Below, in pieces: positions 62,526 to 64,000 of a stretch of DNA of 64,000 nucleotides (position 1 is the first letter of the stretch; each line of letters starts with the position of its first letter). The DNA is from Tubiluchus corallicola (lineage: Eukaryota; Animalia; Priapulida), in contig JAQGDQ010000365.1 of assembly GCA_030141605.1 (NCBI GenBank), positions 106,643 to 170,642 on the forward strand, given 5' to 3'. The notes beneath the pieces are model-generated. The model did not search any database. It was not told where the DNA came from and was given only the letters and a program-made list of their open reading frames with translations. The position numbers and the translations under genes were made by a program.

Positions 62526-64000
62526 ATGAAATATATTAAAAAGTCAATATACCTATTTGCAATTATATACCTACTAAAACTTATTCTACTTCCATCATGC
62601 GCCAACAATGCTTCTCCTCTTTCTGGTGGACCAAAGGACACAATTCCTCCAAAACTCGTAAAGTCATATCCGCTAAGTAAATCAGTAAACTATAAAGACA
62701 AAGATTTTTCATTCTATTTTGATGAGGTAATTGATCTTGTCAATCTAAAAAAAGAATTAATAGTATCTCCACACATAGAATCAAAATATAAATCTACATT
62801 AAAAAGAAAATCTTTCTCTATAAAGTTTGAAGACGACTTTCAAGATAGCACAACATATACACTCTACTTTAGAAATTCAATAGTCGACGTCACAGAAAAA
62901 AATCCATCTACTGACAATACATTTTCCTTCTCAACAGGAGAATTTATAGACTCCCTTATGATAAAAGGAAATGTGATAGATCTATTTAAAAATGATTCCT
63001 TAAAAAATGTACTCGTAGGACTTTACAAAGTTGAAGATTCTAACGACACCTTAAATAAGATTCCTTACTATTTTACAGAAACAACAGAAAAAGGTTTTTT
63101 CAAAATGGAAAATATCAAGGAGGGAAAATATTTTATCCATGCCATTAAAGATGAAAATTCCAATCTAATTCTTGAATCACAAGAAGAAATGTATGGGTTC
63201 ATAAAAGACACAATAGAAATAAAAGACACTACTCTGAGTGTAGATATTTTTTTAATAAAACAAGATATCACCCCATTTAAACTTCTCAATGCTAGAAATT
63301 TTGGAAAATACTTTAATATAAACTTTAGTAAAGAAATAAAAGAGTATTCCATAGAGACAGAAGAGGATTTTACACTATTTTACAACAAAACAGATGAAGA
63401 TAAAAGCTTGGTTTTATATAATACATTAGATATCAACAATTTAAACCAAGATGATAGCATAAAAATATTTATTACAGCATTTGATACCATACAACAAGAG
63501 GTAAAAGACACTCTATTGCTCAAATTCCCAGAATCAAAAAGAAGTAAAGAAGAATTCCATCAACAACTAATAGTAGAAAAAGAAATAACCCTTCCCAACA
63601 TATCTGCAAAAATGTCTTTTAACAAACCAATATTAAACTTTAAAACAGACAGCATCCTTTTTCTCTTTGACTCCATAGCAGTTGGAACACTAAAAAAAGA
63701 AGACTACAAATGGAATAAAGAAAAAACTCTTTTCTCTTTCAACATTCTTATAAACACCTCTAAAATGGATTCTATAAAGATAGATAAAGAAAAAAAATCT
63801 AAGGAAAAATTAGAAGAAGAAGAAAAAAGTAATAATGCACTCAGCAACACCGACACTACTGTCAATGTAAATGATACACTCCCTCCCCCTACAAACATTC
63901 TTGACAACGCAGACACCCTTCTGCAAAAAACAGAAAGCAGAACAAAAGAAGACAACTTAATAAAAAGAAGAGAAAAACAAGAAAAAGAAAAACAAGAAAA
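62526..64000 (+). CDS. 3'-partial Ig-like (Big_5) domain lipoprotein
   Basis: Not in the ORF track because it has no stop in the window. Reads MKYIKK...LPSCANNASPLSGGPKDTIPP...FYFDE...FSFSTG. Confidence 0.8.
   Translation, partial: MKYIKKSIYLFAIIYLLKLILLPSCANNASPLSGGPKDTIPPKLVKSYPLSKSVNYKDKDFSFYFDEVIDLVNLKKELIVSPHIESKYKSTLKRKSFSIKFEDDFQDSTTYTLYFRNSIVDVTEKNPSTDNTFSFSTGEFIDSLMIKGNVIDLFKNDSLKNVLVGLYKVEDSNDTLNKIPYYFTETTEKGFFKMENIKEGKYFIHAIKDENSNLILESQEEMYGFIKDTIEIKDTTLSVDIFLIKQDITPFKLLNARNFGKYFNINFSKEIKEYSIETEEDFTLFYNKTDEDKSLVLYNTLDINNLNQDDSIKIFITAFDTIQQEVKDTLLLKFPESKRSKEEFHQQLIVEKEITLPNISAKMSFNKPILNFKTDSILFLFDSIAVGTLKKEDYKWNKEKTLFSFNILINTSKMDSIKIDKEKKSKEKLEEEEKSNNALSNTDTTVNVNDTLPPPTNILDNADTLLQKTESRTKEDNLIKRREKQEKEKQE

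Overview
Bacteroidota sequence made of two compositionally different blocks. The left block (1 to ~40.6 kb, roughly 40% GC by eye, Bacteroidales/Marinilabiliales-like gene order) starts with two tandem paralogous surface-lipoprotein genes (repeated Ig/cadherin-like stalk plus GLUG-repeat head). It then carries housekeeping genes (aspC, ftsK-lolA, pyk-aroQ, xerD, pckA, mscS-cdaA-folP, metK with a SAM-II-type riboswitch, xylB-xylA, recJ) mixed with an IS256 copy, several MITE families, an IS1595 relic and an LRR pseudogene. After an 11-N gap comes an IS256 inserted into another copy of itself, then rsgA. The right block (~44.3-64 kb, roughly 30% GC, Cytophagales-like) holds rny-zapA-pheT, fabD, obgE-adk, aroE, mnmG and two parS sites; the scaffold may be chimeric. 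The most novel signal is the GLUG adhesin pair: the coding sequences are almost identical right up to the stop codon, nearly all differences are non-synonymous, and the GLUG region avoids adenine at third codon positions. This suggests gene conversion and possibly DGR-like diversification, but no reverse transcriptase or template repeat is in the window. No CRISPR, rRNA or tRNA was recognised. Products are assigned from remembered motifs, not database searches.
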